The notes under the pieces were generated by a model. That model was not told where the DNA came from. It saw only the letters and a program-made list of their open reading frames with translations, and did no database searches. The position numbers were made by a program, and so were the translations under genes. A stretch of DNA of 64,000 nucleotides from Marsupella aquatica. Taxonomy: Eukaryota; Plantae; Marchantiophyta. The stretch lies in the NCBI GenBank assembly GCA_973895155.1, contig OZ316892.1, positions 24,189,971 to 24,253,970 on the forward strand. The letters are read 5' to 3'. Shown piece after piece: positions 12,364 to 23,989 of this stretch (position 1 is the first letter of the stretch; each line of letters opens with the position of its first letter).

Positions 12364-15300
12364 TTACCAATAATCTCCGCAGGAACAAACGCCATCCTTG
12401 AAGCAGTGGAACCGGTTACCATCTCTAAGAATTATTTCTCTCCTGACTATCCTGGACATGAATTTGGTGGCAGTGTGACTGTCGACAGATACACGAAAGT
12501 TCAGAAAAACGCGAAGGGGAGTTCTAGGTGTTGTGCTAATGAGACCAAAACCAATGGCCAGTTTCTCACTGTAATGGCCTAAGGGGGATAGCATTTCTTC
12601 TTCCTCCACATCACGAAGCATAGAGCTCGCATCCGGCACATAACCAGCATCCTTCATCTTCTCAGATAGTCCTCCCAACTCTGCGTGGATTTCATTAATC
12701 TGAGGATGTGTCTGGTCATCAACGCCAAATGAATGAACCTTATCATTCACCACAATCCAGGTGAGCCCCGAGTATTTCTTCACACTGTTTTCCAAGTTCA
12801 CTTGCTTTACCTTATCCCACTTGTTCGCAGCAGCATATATATTTGAAAGCATTACATATCCAGAGGCCTTGCGTGGATCCAATCTCCGAATTTGTCTGGT
12901 AGCACGTTCTCCAATATGCACATTGTCATGAACTCTGCAGGCCCGAAGTAAGGCCTTCCACACATGAACATTAGGCCCACAGGACATTTTCTTGATCATT
13001 TCCTCTGCCTCGTCAAGACGACCCACACGACCTAGGAGATCCACCATGCAGACATAGTGCTCTGCTCTAGGTAAAATGCCATAGTTTGAAACCATGGATT
13101 GGAAGTAATGGACGCCTTTTTCCACTAGGCCGGCATGACTACATGCTGACAGTAAACAAACGAAAATAGTCCAGTCCATTTCTATCCGCTCTTTACACAT
13201 CTGTTCAAAAAGCACTAGCGCTTCTTTAGCTTTCCCATGCATAGCGTAACCTCCGAGCATGGCAGTAAACGAGACCAAATTGAATGACAGCATTTTGTTG
13301 AATACTCCAGTCGCATCCTGTATGTTCCCAGACTTAGAATAAATATCAATGAGGGCATTCCCCATAGAGACATCGGATTCGAGACCCTTTTCAACCACCA
13401 TTGCATGAATACGCCTTCCCTCCTCGAGGAATCCGATACTTGCACACGCACTGAGAACTCCCAAAAAGCTTAATGTCTCTGGCTCCACTGTTTCTACTTG
13501 CATCTGATGAAAGAGTCTTAATGCTGTATGACCTTGTCCGGATTTCACGTATCCCATGATCATGCTATTCCAGGCCGCAACATTGCGAGCGTCTAGCTTG
13601 TTGAACACTCGCTGTGCATCCTCCATGCTTCCACATTTGGCATACATGACTACGAGGCTAGTTCCCACCTTGACATCCGATTCCAACGATCTGTCAACGA
13701 TCGATGCATGGATACTTCTCCCTTCTTCAAGTGCGGCCATGCCGGTGCATGCAGAAAGAATAGCCACAAAGGTGACTTTGTCAGGCTCTATCCGTTCCCT
13801 TGCCATGTGGAGAGAGAGTTCTAGGGCCTTATCTGCTTGCCTACATGTGCCATACCCCTGAATCATGGCATTCCACACAACCACGTTGCGGATAGGCATC
13901 TTGTCAAATACAACCCGACCTTCATCTGGGCTGCCACATTTGCTATACATGTTGATGAGGCTGCTCCCTATAAAGACATCTAGATCACATCTGCATTGGA
14001 TGATTACTCCATGAATGCGCCTACCCTCTTCAAGATTATGCATACTTGCACAAGCATTGAGCACTTGCACAAAAGTGAACGGGTCAGGAACAATGCCCTC
14101 TCGCTCCATTTCTCGGAACAGGTCGAGTGTCTTCCCATACTGCCCATCCTTCATAAATGCTGCCAGCTTTTTGTTCCACGAGAATGGATTGGGATTAAAG
14201 GTTCCTGGACCAAGGGCAGCTAATTCTGATTTCACCCATCTGGGAATCCTTCTGTTCAGGAGCCAAAGTGCCTGATGTGTCTTCTTATGAGTAAAATCTG
14301 GATACTTAGCGCTCACCTGCAGACCAGAAGTGGAATCCAACTTATTAGCACAACGTTCTAAAAATCATCTAGAAGTGGCAACCTGTGACATGAATTTCAG
14401 AACTTAAAAAAATACAATGGCCTGACATCAACACAGAGACCAGAATAAATAGGACACTCAGTAGCTCTTAATTACTACCTTGTCGGCTCTATGATCCCAC
14501 CACTGTGAAGGATCTGAAAAAAAATCCCGCCACAGATTTTCAACCCTTCTCGGATCTGCCATAGACAACCAAAACATTTTAGATAAATTACTAGAGGGGT
14601 AAAGTGCCCACGATGTATATGACGGTATGTGGCTAGTTTTAAGATTGGTATTCTTTTGCAGAGGAACAGGAACTGCAGCAAGTCCTATGTGGACAAAACA
14701 AAGGTATTTAGGACTGCATTTTAGCTGATAATTTATGGTATTATTGACAAAAACAATCATTCATAGGTACAAGCCTCTCTCCTGCTTCTAGACCACAGTT
14801 ACAGTCACAATCCAAATTTTACAAGCCTCCATACCGGTGGAAAGCCGAGTTGACTCGAGAATCGATACACCTTTTGCTGACGTGGCGAGAGCTCTCTGGC
14901 AGGGACAATAACCTTCCACAAGAAGTCCAGAATGTTCAATTCTGCAAGTGAGGTGAATCGTCTCAAACCCGACCCACACATTTTAGGAAAGGGCAGCACA
15001 ACAGACGATGCAACCAACTACCTGAGGCCTTGAGGAGATTTCGATTATGCATTCCATTTGACACAATTACAGAACAGTGCGGAAGTACCTGAACATAATC
15101 TAGACCAGACGACAGACAAGTCTCTGAAAAACAGTTTAACGCTCGTTCAATTGACTCCACAACTCACATTCCAGTTCCTTTCGACACAATCAGAGAGTCT
15201 GCAATGCACCCTTCCTGGATTTTACAAAGTTGGTCCGTTTGGTTTCCTAAACCCACTGATATCACAGTCCTCATGTAGGCATCCCTCAATGGTTTGTCGT

Positions 15301-15685
15301 GTAAGAGGGCGTTCAAGTAATTGATGAATCACACCGAGCTTCAAAATTGTGGAAAGAGAAATTGTTTAATTCTTAATTAGCAAATACAAACAGCTGGAAG
15401 CACTATGATCATAGTTGCCTTCGAGTTCGGAAAGAGACCATCTACGGCATCAGTAAAGTCATCCTTCAGGTGAGCCACATTTCCAAAAAATCTTTGGATT
15501 GCAACCCTCACTTGAGGACAGAGTTACTCTGCCAGGAAATCCAGAGGACATTCAAAGAAAGAACATGAAATGTTCTCTCTGAAAAGCTGACTAGGCGGTA
15601 GGGTTTAGGGCTTAGGGCTTCGAGTGGACGTACCGGCGAAACGTCCCAAAAGGAACCCAAATTGGGAGATTCCTCCTCCTCTCAT
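12364..15685 (-). CDS. PLS-class PPR protein (12 repeats, (PLS)3-P2L2S2) with E1-E2-DYW; N-terminal PDF motif; catalytically degenerate DYW domain
   Basis: The large exon 14316-12364 encodes canonical P/L/S repeats and ends CSCGDYW. Exon 14555-14479 splices in frame via GT-AG. The further 5' exons (~14912-14835 and 15685-15634, MRGGGISQFGFLLGRFA...QRALATSAK, transit-peptide-like) are tentative. Confidence 0.9.
15599..15618 (-). promoter_or_regulatory. Telo-box / short telomere-like repeats near the PPR 5' end
   Basis: tagggtttagggcttagggc contains AAACCCTA on the minus strand, just inside the putative first intron. Confidence 0.35.
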
Positions 15686-16573
15686 TGCTATGGGCGGAGA
15701 AGAAGCGGAGAACGGCACCAGCAAATAGCTCTGATGCTGCTCGACGGCATGGCCACCTCGACGTCTTGTTGCATTGCAGATCCGAGAAAGTGGCCCGTCT
15801 TCATTCAGCTCAGATCAGATCAGATCAGCTCAAACTTCCTTTGCGCAAAGCTCGAGGCCTCGTTCAGCGACAGAAGACAGCGGATTATTGGAACAATGTG
15901 CGAAGGGAATGGAAGGATGGCGTGGTCGTTTCAGAATTGTGCACGAGGGCAAAAGAGAGTCCTCAGACTTTCAACATGACCGCAAAGAATGGACATGTCC
16001 TTTTGAAGTAAACTTCCGCGAATTCATAGCTTGTGATAAGTAAGATTCGCTTGAGAGGTTTACTGTAGTTACTGGGATTTTCAGGGGAACTTAGTCCCAA
16101 AAAATGAGGTAATCCTGTGAAAGTAAGTTTTCTTCCACGTTTTCTTTAGACAAAATGCTCCATTTGACGAAAGCATGGGAAGGAAATCCTTGCGGCATCT
16201 TCGACACGAATGTCTTGGATTGTGTCAACGAATTGTTTAGTAAAGCTTTCTGATATGATCTGATAGGGAAAAGTGTCTAAAGTAGAGCAACTTTCCATTT
16301 GCATAGTTTGTTAATCACAGGTTATCTCGGAAGCCTGGGTTGTCTATAAGGGACAAGTGTCTATTTATTGCATACGATTTTCACGAAATGATGATAGAAG
16401 AATTTCTGGATACTCCATAATGGACCATTGCATTTGACTAAGATACTGGATGCACCACCTTTAAACATCACTTTTCACTGAGATAGTATAGACAATTGCT
16501 TAATAGGAGTCCAAAAGGGAAACCATTCCCAAAACTTACCTGAGCAGGGTGACTGGTCCCTCCGTCAACACCA

Positions 16574-16872
16574 ATCCTGTCACAATACCCTGAGTGCCTG
16601 TTCCTTTTACACAAATACAGGTGGATACATTCAAGCCCATTGCTTCATTTTCACACTCACCCAGCCCCCCATCCCCATTTTAGACTGGCACCCCCAATTT
16701 CAGTTATGCCGCCAGATTCATGGTATCCTGTCACAATACCCTGAGTGCACGTTCCTTGAATACAAATACTGGTGGATATATTCAAGCCCATTGCTCCATT
16801 TCACATTCACCCTACCCCCCCATCCCCAGTTTAGACGGGCACCCCCAATTTCAGATATGCCCCCAGATTCAT
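16574..16872. repeat. Two-copy ~152-bp tandem duplication
   Basis: atcctgtcacaataccctgagtgc at 16574 and 16726; both copies end ccagattcat. Confidence 0.85.
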
Positions 16873-18599
16873 GGTCCAGACGTTTGACTCTACACAAAAG
16901 GTCCTGCAGTAGCTTTTGATAATGATTATATAGATGTATGTACACCCCACCAGCCCAGGTTTTTTACCATACATGATCTGTCAGATTGTCTATCTGAGCT
17001 TCACTTGTACCAAGCTCAAAAAGCAAGACTGTATCAAACAAATTGTGGTCATGTCCAAATTGCTCATTTAGTGTGTCAAATTTTGTTGGGTCCACTCGGG
17101 TACTTTTGTCTAATGTTGTGGTTTGTTTTGGCATTAACCTTGTAGATTTGAGAAAAGCAAAGCAACTTAGGTGAGTTCTCAGAGCAAGTACTGGAGACAA
17201 ATCTCTCTAATCAAAACAGATGGTATTATCTTACTTATAAAGCGCCAACCACAAGCTAGAGTTGGGGCCTAAGCTTCTAGAAGAGTGAAGGCTCTAGACC
17301 ATAATTGTATGGCACACCGTGTGGATGGAAAACTCATGGCTATGTTTTACATCAAATGATAATCATACATGCTTTTTGTCATGATTTCTATTTACATTAA
17401 AAATGGGCTCTAGGGCCTCACCGTAATATATGTGCATAGAAAGAGGGATGTGCATAGAAAGGAGGATGGTCTGTTCTATATGATCATTAAAATGATGACA
17501 TGCATGATGGATTTTTTATCATTTCATTAAGTTTCAAAGAATGTGAATATAGGGAATATACTTTGTTGACACTCTTTATTGTCCGCTCCACTGTTCATGT
17601 TCAAGGAACGGGTAGTCGAGGTTAGTAATATCTAAAACCCAAGATTCACAACATTACCACTCTTTTCTGTCAGATCACCTACTATAGTTTCCACCTCTGG
17701 TCAGGCAAAGTAACTTTGGTGAGTTTGCAAGGATCCAATGCATGGTCAACATCCTGCCAATTTTCCATCATTGGACAACTCTCATCATCCTCAACTTAAC
17801 CGCAACACCCTTCCCCACCCTTGGCCAGGGGGGGCAGATGGGGGGTTGGGGCAACCAACCAAGAGGAGTTGGGAGGAAGCAAAGTAAGAGACTCAACCCA
17901 ATGACGAGGGTTGGAAAGGGTGTTTTGTTTATGGTAGAGGACATGGCTGTCGGCCATCTAATGATCCTCTGAAGATGAAACCTGGCCAGACTTTGCCATT
18001 CTGATTATTTTCAATCTAACTAGGATTACTTTACCTAACACATAAAGAGAAAAGATGCCAAAGTACTAAGAAAACTAAAAAGAGTGGCAAAGTCTGTATT
18101 TAGACAAAGAAGAGTCAGGACAATGCAGGAAATCTAACTATTAAGTCTAAACCCGCAACAGTATAGCTTTTTCTTTCATTTGCCTGTGAGCAAGGTTGTG
18201 CCCAAGTGGAAAAGAGAGAACAAGGCAAGGGTTAGAGGAGAAACATGCTTAAACTTGGGGTCCAAGGCACATAAAAATGTCACCAAAACTCCAGCGAGGA
18301 CTATATGTTTTGGAATCTGTCATAATGAGTTATTGAGCATTCATGTGTTAGTTGGCTCCAATAACCTAATCCACTCCCCATGTCTACCCAATTATCAAAT
18401 CCACAATGATGTCTTCAAATACCTCGCATGTTGTTTAGACACGCTGTAACCCATTATAAGTGTTAGCATTATTAAGTGATTCCGGGTTGTCAATTTTCTC
18501 CCAGGGCTTGAGCACGACCTGATGTTGGTTAAGGGCTCCCCTAACTGTTTTCCCTTCTTAGGTGGGTCCCTGGGTGGAACCCACCTAAGAGGTAGATGG

Positions 18600-19060
18600 G
18601 CCTCATTTTGCCTAAGGACAACCCACCCAGGGATTCTGCCCAGGAATTGAGAATAGACAGCAACGTTACGCTCCTTCCATATGCTGCTACTGACCTCTGT
18701 CGAGAGGACAAGGTGTCCAGGTTTCCTTTTTGTTTCTGAATGGCATAATCAAATGAGTCATACCGCAAGCTGTTAGGAGTCATGCTGCAAGAGCCTTTGC
18801 CACTTCCCCCATTGCCCCCTGACCTTGCTGCAGCTAAAGAATATCTGGATTGTGTTTTCAACACCTGATTTGCATTGGGAGCAAGTACCATCGTAGATCA
18901 ACCAGCAGCTGCCCTTGCTGTTAGTGAAGAATCTGTGATTGACAAGCGTCCAGGCAAACAATCTAACTTTTAGAAGTGCCCAGCTTCCCCATAGCTTCTT
19001 CCATATCTGTCGCCATTGTGGGCCATTGTTAGGATTTCCCCATCTCTGGGTCAGATTGAT
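18600..19060 (-). mobile_element. LINE (L1-like) remnant, zf-RVT region
   Basis: Minus-strand translation WRQIWKKLWGSWALLKVRLFAWTLVNHRFFTNSK...GTCSQCKSGVENTIQIFFSCSK matches the plant L1 zf-RVT pattern (W...K.r.f.W.l.h.rl.T...C..C....E...H.FF.C). Confidence 0.7.
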
Positions 19061-19719
19061 GGCATCAAGATTCTGTGGGGTCGTGTAGTTTCCTTGCCTC
19101 CTTTAAAATTGGAAGAATTCATTTGTTGAAATACCATTGAGAAATGTACTTCCAGTTCTGCCTGGATGGGTTTGTTCACTTGGTGAAATTGGAACATGCA
19201 CCACTCGTTCATGAAGCAAAAAGTGATACTATGTTGCACTATTGTTGTGATTAATTACTCTAGTGTTGTTACTAAGTCTGCTGGTGGGACACATATGCCC
19301 TCATAGGGACAAGCCTCTCTTGAGGCAAACTAGCTAGTAGTACCCACTGCTAGAGATCTACTCGCCATGAGACACCTGCTCTTAATTTCTCTTGTGTTCA
19401 AACCGGGAAGAAGGTATTTGAGAGTAATTTACGGACATTCATAATTTTGAAGGCACATACAAAACAGAAACATTACATATAAGAGCATTATGTACCTTGC
19501 TTTTGGTAATTCAAATCCTCAACCATCTTCATCTTGAATGCATCAAGTTGAATGACTTCACGGTCACTCAAATCTTCAAAGATAGTCACTTGTCGAGATT
19601 GAAGCTTCAGTGTTGAAAATTGTTTGAGAATAACATTTTCCTAAAGCTCTTGCAGCTCTCTTGCTCCACAAAACATCAAGCTTTGAGGCATTTGTCAATA
19701 AATATCTTACATCGGCCAT

Positions 19720-19990
19720 GAGAAAATGGGCTCCAGAGAAAGTATGAATTCTTCAAACCTGTATGGGTTGGCTACCATTACATCAACCAATGTATACATG
19801 CCATCTTGCAAGATGGCAAGATCAGTGTGTAATCTATTTGGTAAAGGACCATGCCAGGCAATTTGAGCATCACCTCTCATCAAATGTGTACCAAAGTCAC
19901 TGAGAGGTAGTAACATCCCTCACGACATCATGAACAATATGTTCTCTCCGCCTGTACTACACCAATGCAAAGTGGGGACCAGGGGCCATT
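19720..19990 (-). mobile_element. Remnant of a restriction-like-endonuclease (RLE) type non-LTR retrotransposon
   Basis: Frameshifted translation LHWCSTGGENIVHDVVRD...RLHTDLAILQDGMYTLVDVMVANP resembles the zinc-knuckle, RHD and PD..D motifs of RLE domains. Confidence 0.45.
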
Positions 19991-22900
19991 TTCACTCAAC
20001 AGTAAGTTTCATCCAACTGTGCAAAAGTTTCATCCAACAGGGCATAAGTTTGGACCACTTGCAAGGTGGTCCATATTTGTCAAAACATCTTGATGCTTAA
20101 GTGGGAAATGGGCCCCAATGCATGCCCACATCTCTTGGGCCTCACCCTAAGGGGGTCCCATATGTTTTTTTTGGGTAATAAATATTTGACAAAAGCAAAA
20201 AGAAATTTGTCACTCTTTTAATGCAAAACCCCCAGGTGTTCTTTGTCAAAATTTATAAGTTTTTCACTGATACTTATATGAATGAGCATGATGGGTTGGA
20301 AGAAAATAAGGGAGGCTGCAAATGTCACGTACCAGTTTCTAAAGCCAAATATGGTCAGCCACCTTTAGTCAATGGTGGGATTGATCAATTAAATAACAAA
20401 GGAAATGCTAAATTTCTCCTTCTACTCTCATGTTAGGGTGAAGATATAGATTGAAGCCTAAATGGTCACTAGCCCCAAAATGGTAACCAAGGCTCTATAT
20501 TTAATATTAAGCATCTTTTCACATGGATTGTCTCCACAAAACTTGCCACCAATGGGCTTGAAGGAGTTCTTGGGGGACACTCTCAATGAAAAAGATACAA
20601 GTTCTATTTGCTGAGAGCATCTATTTCTATATAGTAAATTTAGTTGTGCACATGTTGAGAATGAAAATACAAAAAGCATACATAAAAAGGTTCCATAGCT
20701 AAAACAACCAGGTAATGTTGAATGCTAGGAATAAACATGTAAGCCAAACAATCAAAGGTCAAGGCAAAGGAACCTTAATTCTAATATGTAATCCAACAGT
20801 AGCACAAGGAGAAACGAGTAGATCAATGCACTGCCTGAGTGTGTGTTTGGGGTACAATGACATGATGGCCCCAACACAAGTGAGATTATATCCCTAATGT
20901 CTTCCCCCATATATTGCTGCACCATGGTGTCATAACATGACCTTAGCAAACAAGATTGAGCGGATCAAGAATATAATATGAGAATTCCTAAAAATCATTT
21001 GAAATGCCATCCGTAACAAAGATTAAATACTTTTCAAGTTTTCTGAGGATGTTACCAAGACTGAGTTCACATACACATGCAATGAGTTACACATGAAAGG
21101 TTGTATCTAAGAGGCTAATAAATTAAATGAACTCAGTGCGTAACCAGGAGCAAGCAGGCCTGGATCCTGTCTGGCTTGGGTGTCGGTCAAGGAAAGCATA
21201 GCATAGTGGGAAAAGCTCTTGGTTGCGAGGTGGAGGAATGTGGTTCAAATGTTGCAAGCACTCTGTTCCTTCAACAATCACACAGCCACTGTAGAGTATG
21301 CAAAGAAGCTGTTTACACTGGAAAAAGTCACCAGGGGAAAAGGTATGTGGCCGCAACAGGAGGCTATGGGTTAGACAGAAACTAATTCAAGGCTCATATT
21401 AATGGTAATAAAATTTGGGATTGTAGATTTCATACAATAGAATGAGGGCTTCTGTACCATGATTACAAAAAGATGCTACACAGTTTTAAACATCTCAAAA
21501 TAATGGGAATTCAAACTGACTGTTTGAAATTGTACTCAAGCTTTTTGTATTCAAAATCTAATGGATGTTATCTCAGACCTGTGTTATAATAGAAGATGTC
21601 TTAATCTACATTTTTTCTGCAACTATTCAAATAATAAACTTTTCAAATAATTTAAATACTTTTTGGGGAACCTCAAGTATTGCACTATGGTGCAATATGC
21701 AGGGGAAGACAGTCGCCTACTAGGAGAGATCCTCATCACATGAAAGATATTTTACCCCACACCTTTGCACAAGTGATGAGTATGTGGGGCAATGAGAGGC
21801 AATAAAGCAGTCAGGAAGATAAAGGTTGTGGGGGCTGTGAGTGACACTGAGCTGTCAGGAAGATGAAAGGTTGTGCTGGAATTTTGCTCCAATTCCCTCC
21901 AAAAATTAGTTTGTCCATTTTAGGTTAGTTTTCTTGAAATGAGAACATTTTTATAAATTTTGGTTCCCCCGCGAAAAGCCCCACGGGGAGGGCAAACAAA
22001 CAGACCAAAGGCCAGACCAGGCAACAAATTGAAATCTATAACAAATTAACACCAGCTAGGCTGACTGGTGTTATACAGGACCTGTCCTGAGTTCCCCCCG
22101 GCCTGCCCATAAAGCCTGGCCATGTGACATGATACAAGGAAATTACAAACAAAATAAACCATTTGACACAGTGTACCCTATCAAATGACAAGGAAAATAC
22201 AAAAGGGCATTTTAAAAAATTCAAACTCAAACACCTTGCCTGAATTGTTTTGTTTGGCTTAAATCATGATAACAACATGAGATGGCCAAGCCTTAATTAT
22301 TTGTTTGGTTGGTTTTGGAGCAATAGAGGGTCTCAAACCTCAAACTTGATGACCATAACTACTAGGTCACCCCATGAGGCTTTGAGATGCCCTACTATAT
22401 AGTTAGAAGTAAACTAAGTCACCCAAAAAGCATGGAAAGAAAGGGAAAGAAAGGCACAGGAAAGCAAAAGCCACATTGATGCCATCCACGTCCAAATGCA
22501 TCTTACTCATCATCTCAATTTTGAGACTCACCCCAGTCTCCACACCTCTCTCCCACCCCCCCCCTCTATTTTGCAGTGCCTGCAATTGTGCTGGCACCTT
22601 CAACGAGATGTGTCATTGCATCATTTTGTCTCTAGCACGGTCCGGCTGCCAGCATCGAGTTCCATTCAGCATTTTGCCCAGCCCTCCCTGGCCCCACCCA
22701 GCCTACTGTGCCTCGCCCAGCCCTGCCGGGCCGCGGCCCTGGCCGGCCTGTCCTCCACGGGCCCATCGACTGCCTTGTGCCGGACTGCCCTTGCGTGTCC
22801 CTTCGTTACACTCGTTACGATTGGCCCGCAAGGAAGCCTTTGTATCCCCAACTGTACATGTGCGGGAGAATCATCGGGTGTCCTTCGCTCGGGCTAAATA

Positions 22901-23989
22901 GAAGAATCATGGGTACAGGTACAGACCCTGGCAAATGCAGAAACAGGATGGGGGCAATCTCAGAGAAAGACACAAATCTGAAATGACCGGATTTTGACAA
23001 CGCCGAATGTTCAGCCACCGGCCTCAAGTTTGGTTTTGTGGGACTTTCACTTCAATCTCTAGAGCAATGAAGAGAGGAAACCGAGGGGGAGGACAGAAAT
23101 AGGGAGAAGCCGGGTGGAGCAGGACAGAAACATGACCAAACTGGTTTGCGATACCGCCAAACTGCTGAACACCGGTTGTGTGTGGCTTTTGGGCTTTCGG
23201 CGCTCCTTCTGTACCGTTGCAGGTACAGAACTCCGAGAGAGGGAGGGACCGTCTCTTCGGAGAGTGTTCTTTCCATTGTGAGAGCAGTCCCTTTTTGCTT
23301 TGATTTTGAGGTCCAGGACTTGGGGAGTGGAGTAAAAGTTGGGCACACTAAGTCCTGTCCTGTACTACATTAGTGTACCAATCACCCATCAAAATATGAT
23401 AATATATGGTTTATACTCAATAATTTAAAAATAATAATGACATGTATCCTGGTATGGAGATGTGTGGCACTATATATGTAATATTTTGATCTACATTTAC
23501 CTGGACCCCACTATTGTACCTAGAGGAGAAGACCTGCACGACAACGACAGGGTCATCATTCAAAGTGAACTGCATAAAAGTGATGGATAAGTGCATTCCG
23601 TGGATTAGTACAGAGCAACTATATTGTCCTTTAATATTACAAGAATTTTCCAGTGTGTAAATGCACCAAAAAATGCACTTTTGCATGTGCAGTCCAACCC
23701 TCACTAATGACAAAATATTGACACTAAAAGATGACTACATGTGATGGGGTACCCGTCCCCAAAGACCACCCTTAATTGGTTATGGGGTGTCATTAATGTA
23801 GATACGCCGCATGTAAATAGTCTATTTCCAACTTTATTTTTCATAACTAAGTTAGTGAGGGGAGTAACCCAGTTTTCCTTTATGGTCCCTTGAGGTACTT
23901 TGGGGTTGGCCATGCCGGGAAAGTAGAGTTAGCTTTCTCAATGGAGTCCCCCACTTTGTTTTGTGTATTAAACCCTGACAGTTTAGACC

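Noticed and set aside
12364-12780. Interpreting the DYW domain as a U-to-C (DYW:KP) editing variant
   Set aside because: It lacks the KPAxA motif and ends in canonical DYW. KP-type domains are generally described with the zinc-binding motifs retained, whereas these are lost here.
19400-19700. Exon-like minus-strand segment (FEDLSDREVIQLDAFKMKMVEDLNYQKQG followed by GT)
   Set aside because: Contains in-frame stops and could not be linked to a recognisable gene; at most a pseudogene or TE fragment.
21176-21385. Cys/His-rich ORF vaguely like an SBP domain (CEVEEC...HCRVC)
   Set aside because: Spacing and the downstream RFCQQC core do not match, and no splice-supported continuation was found.
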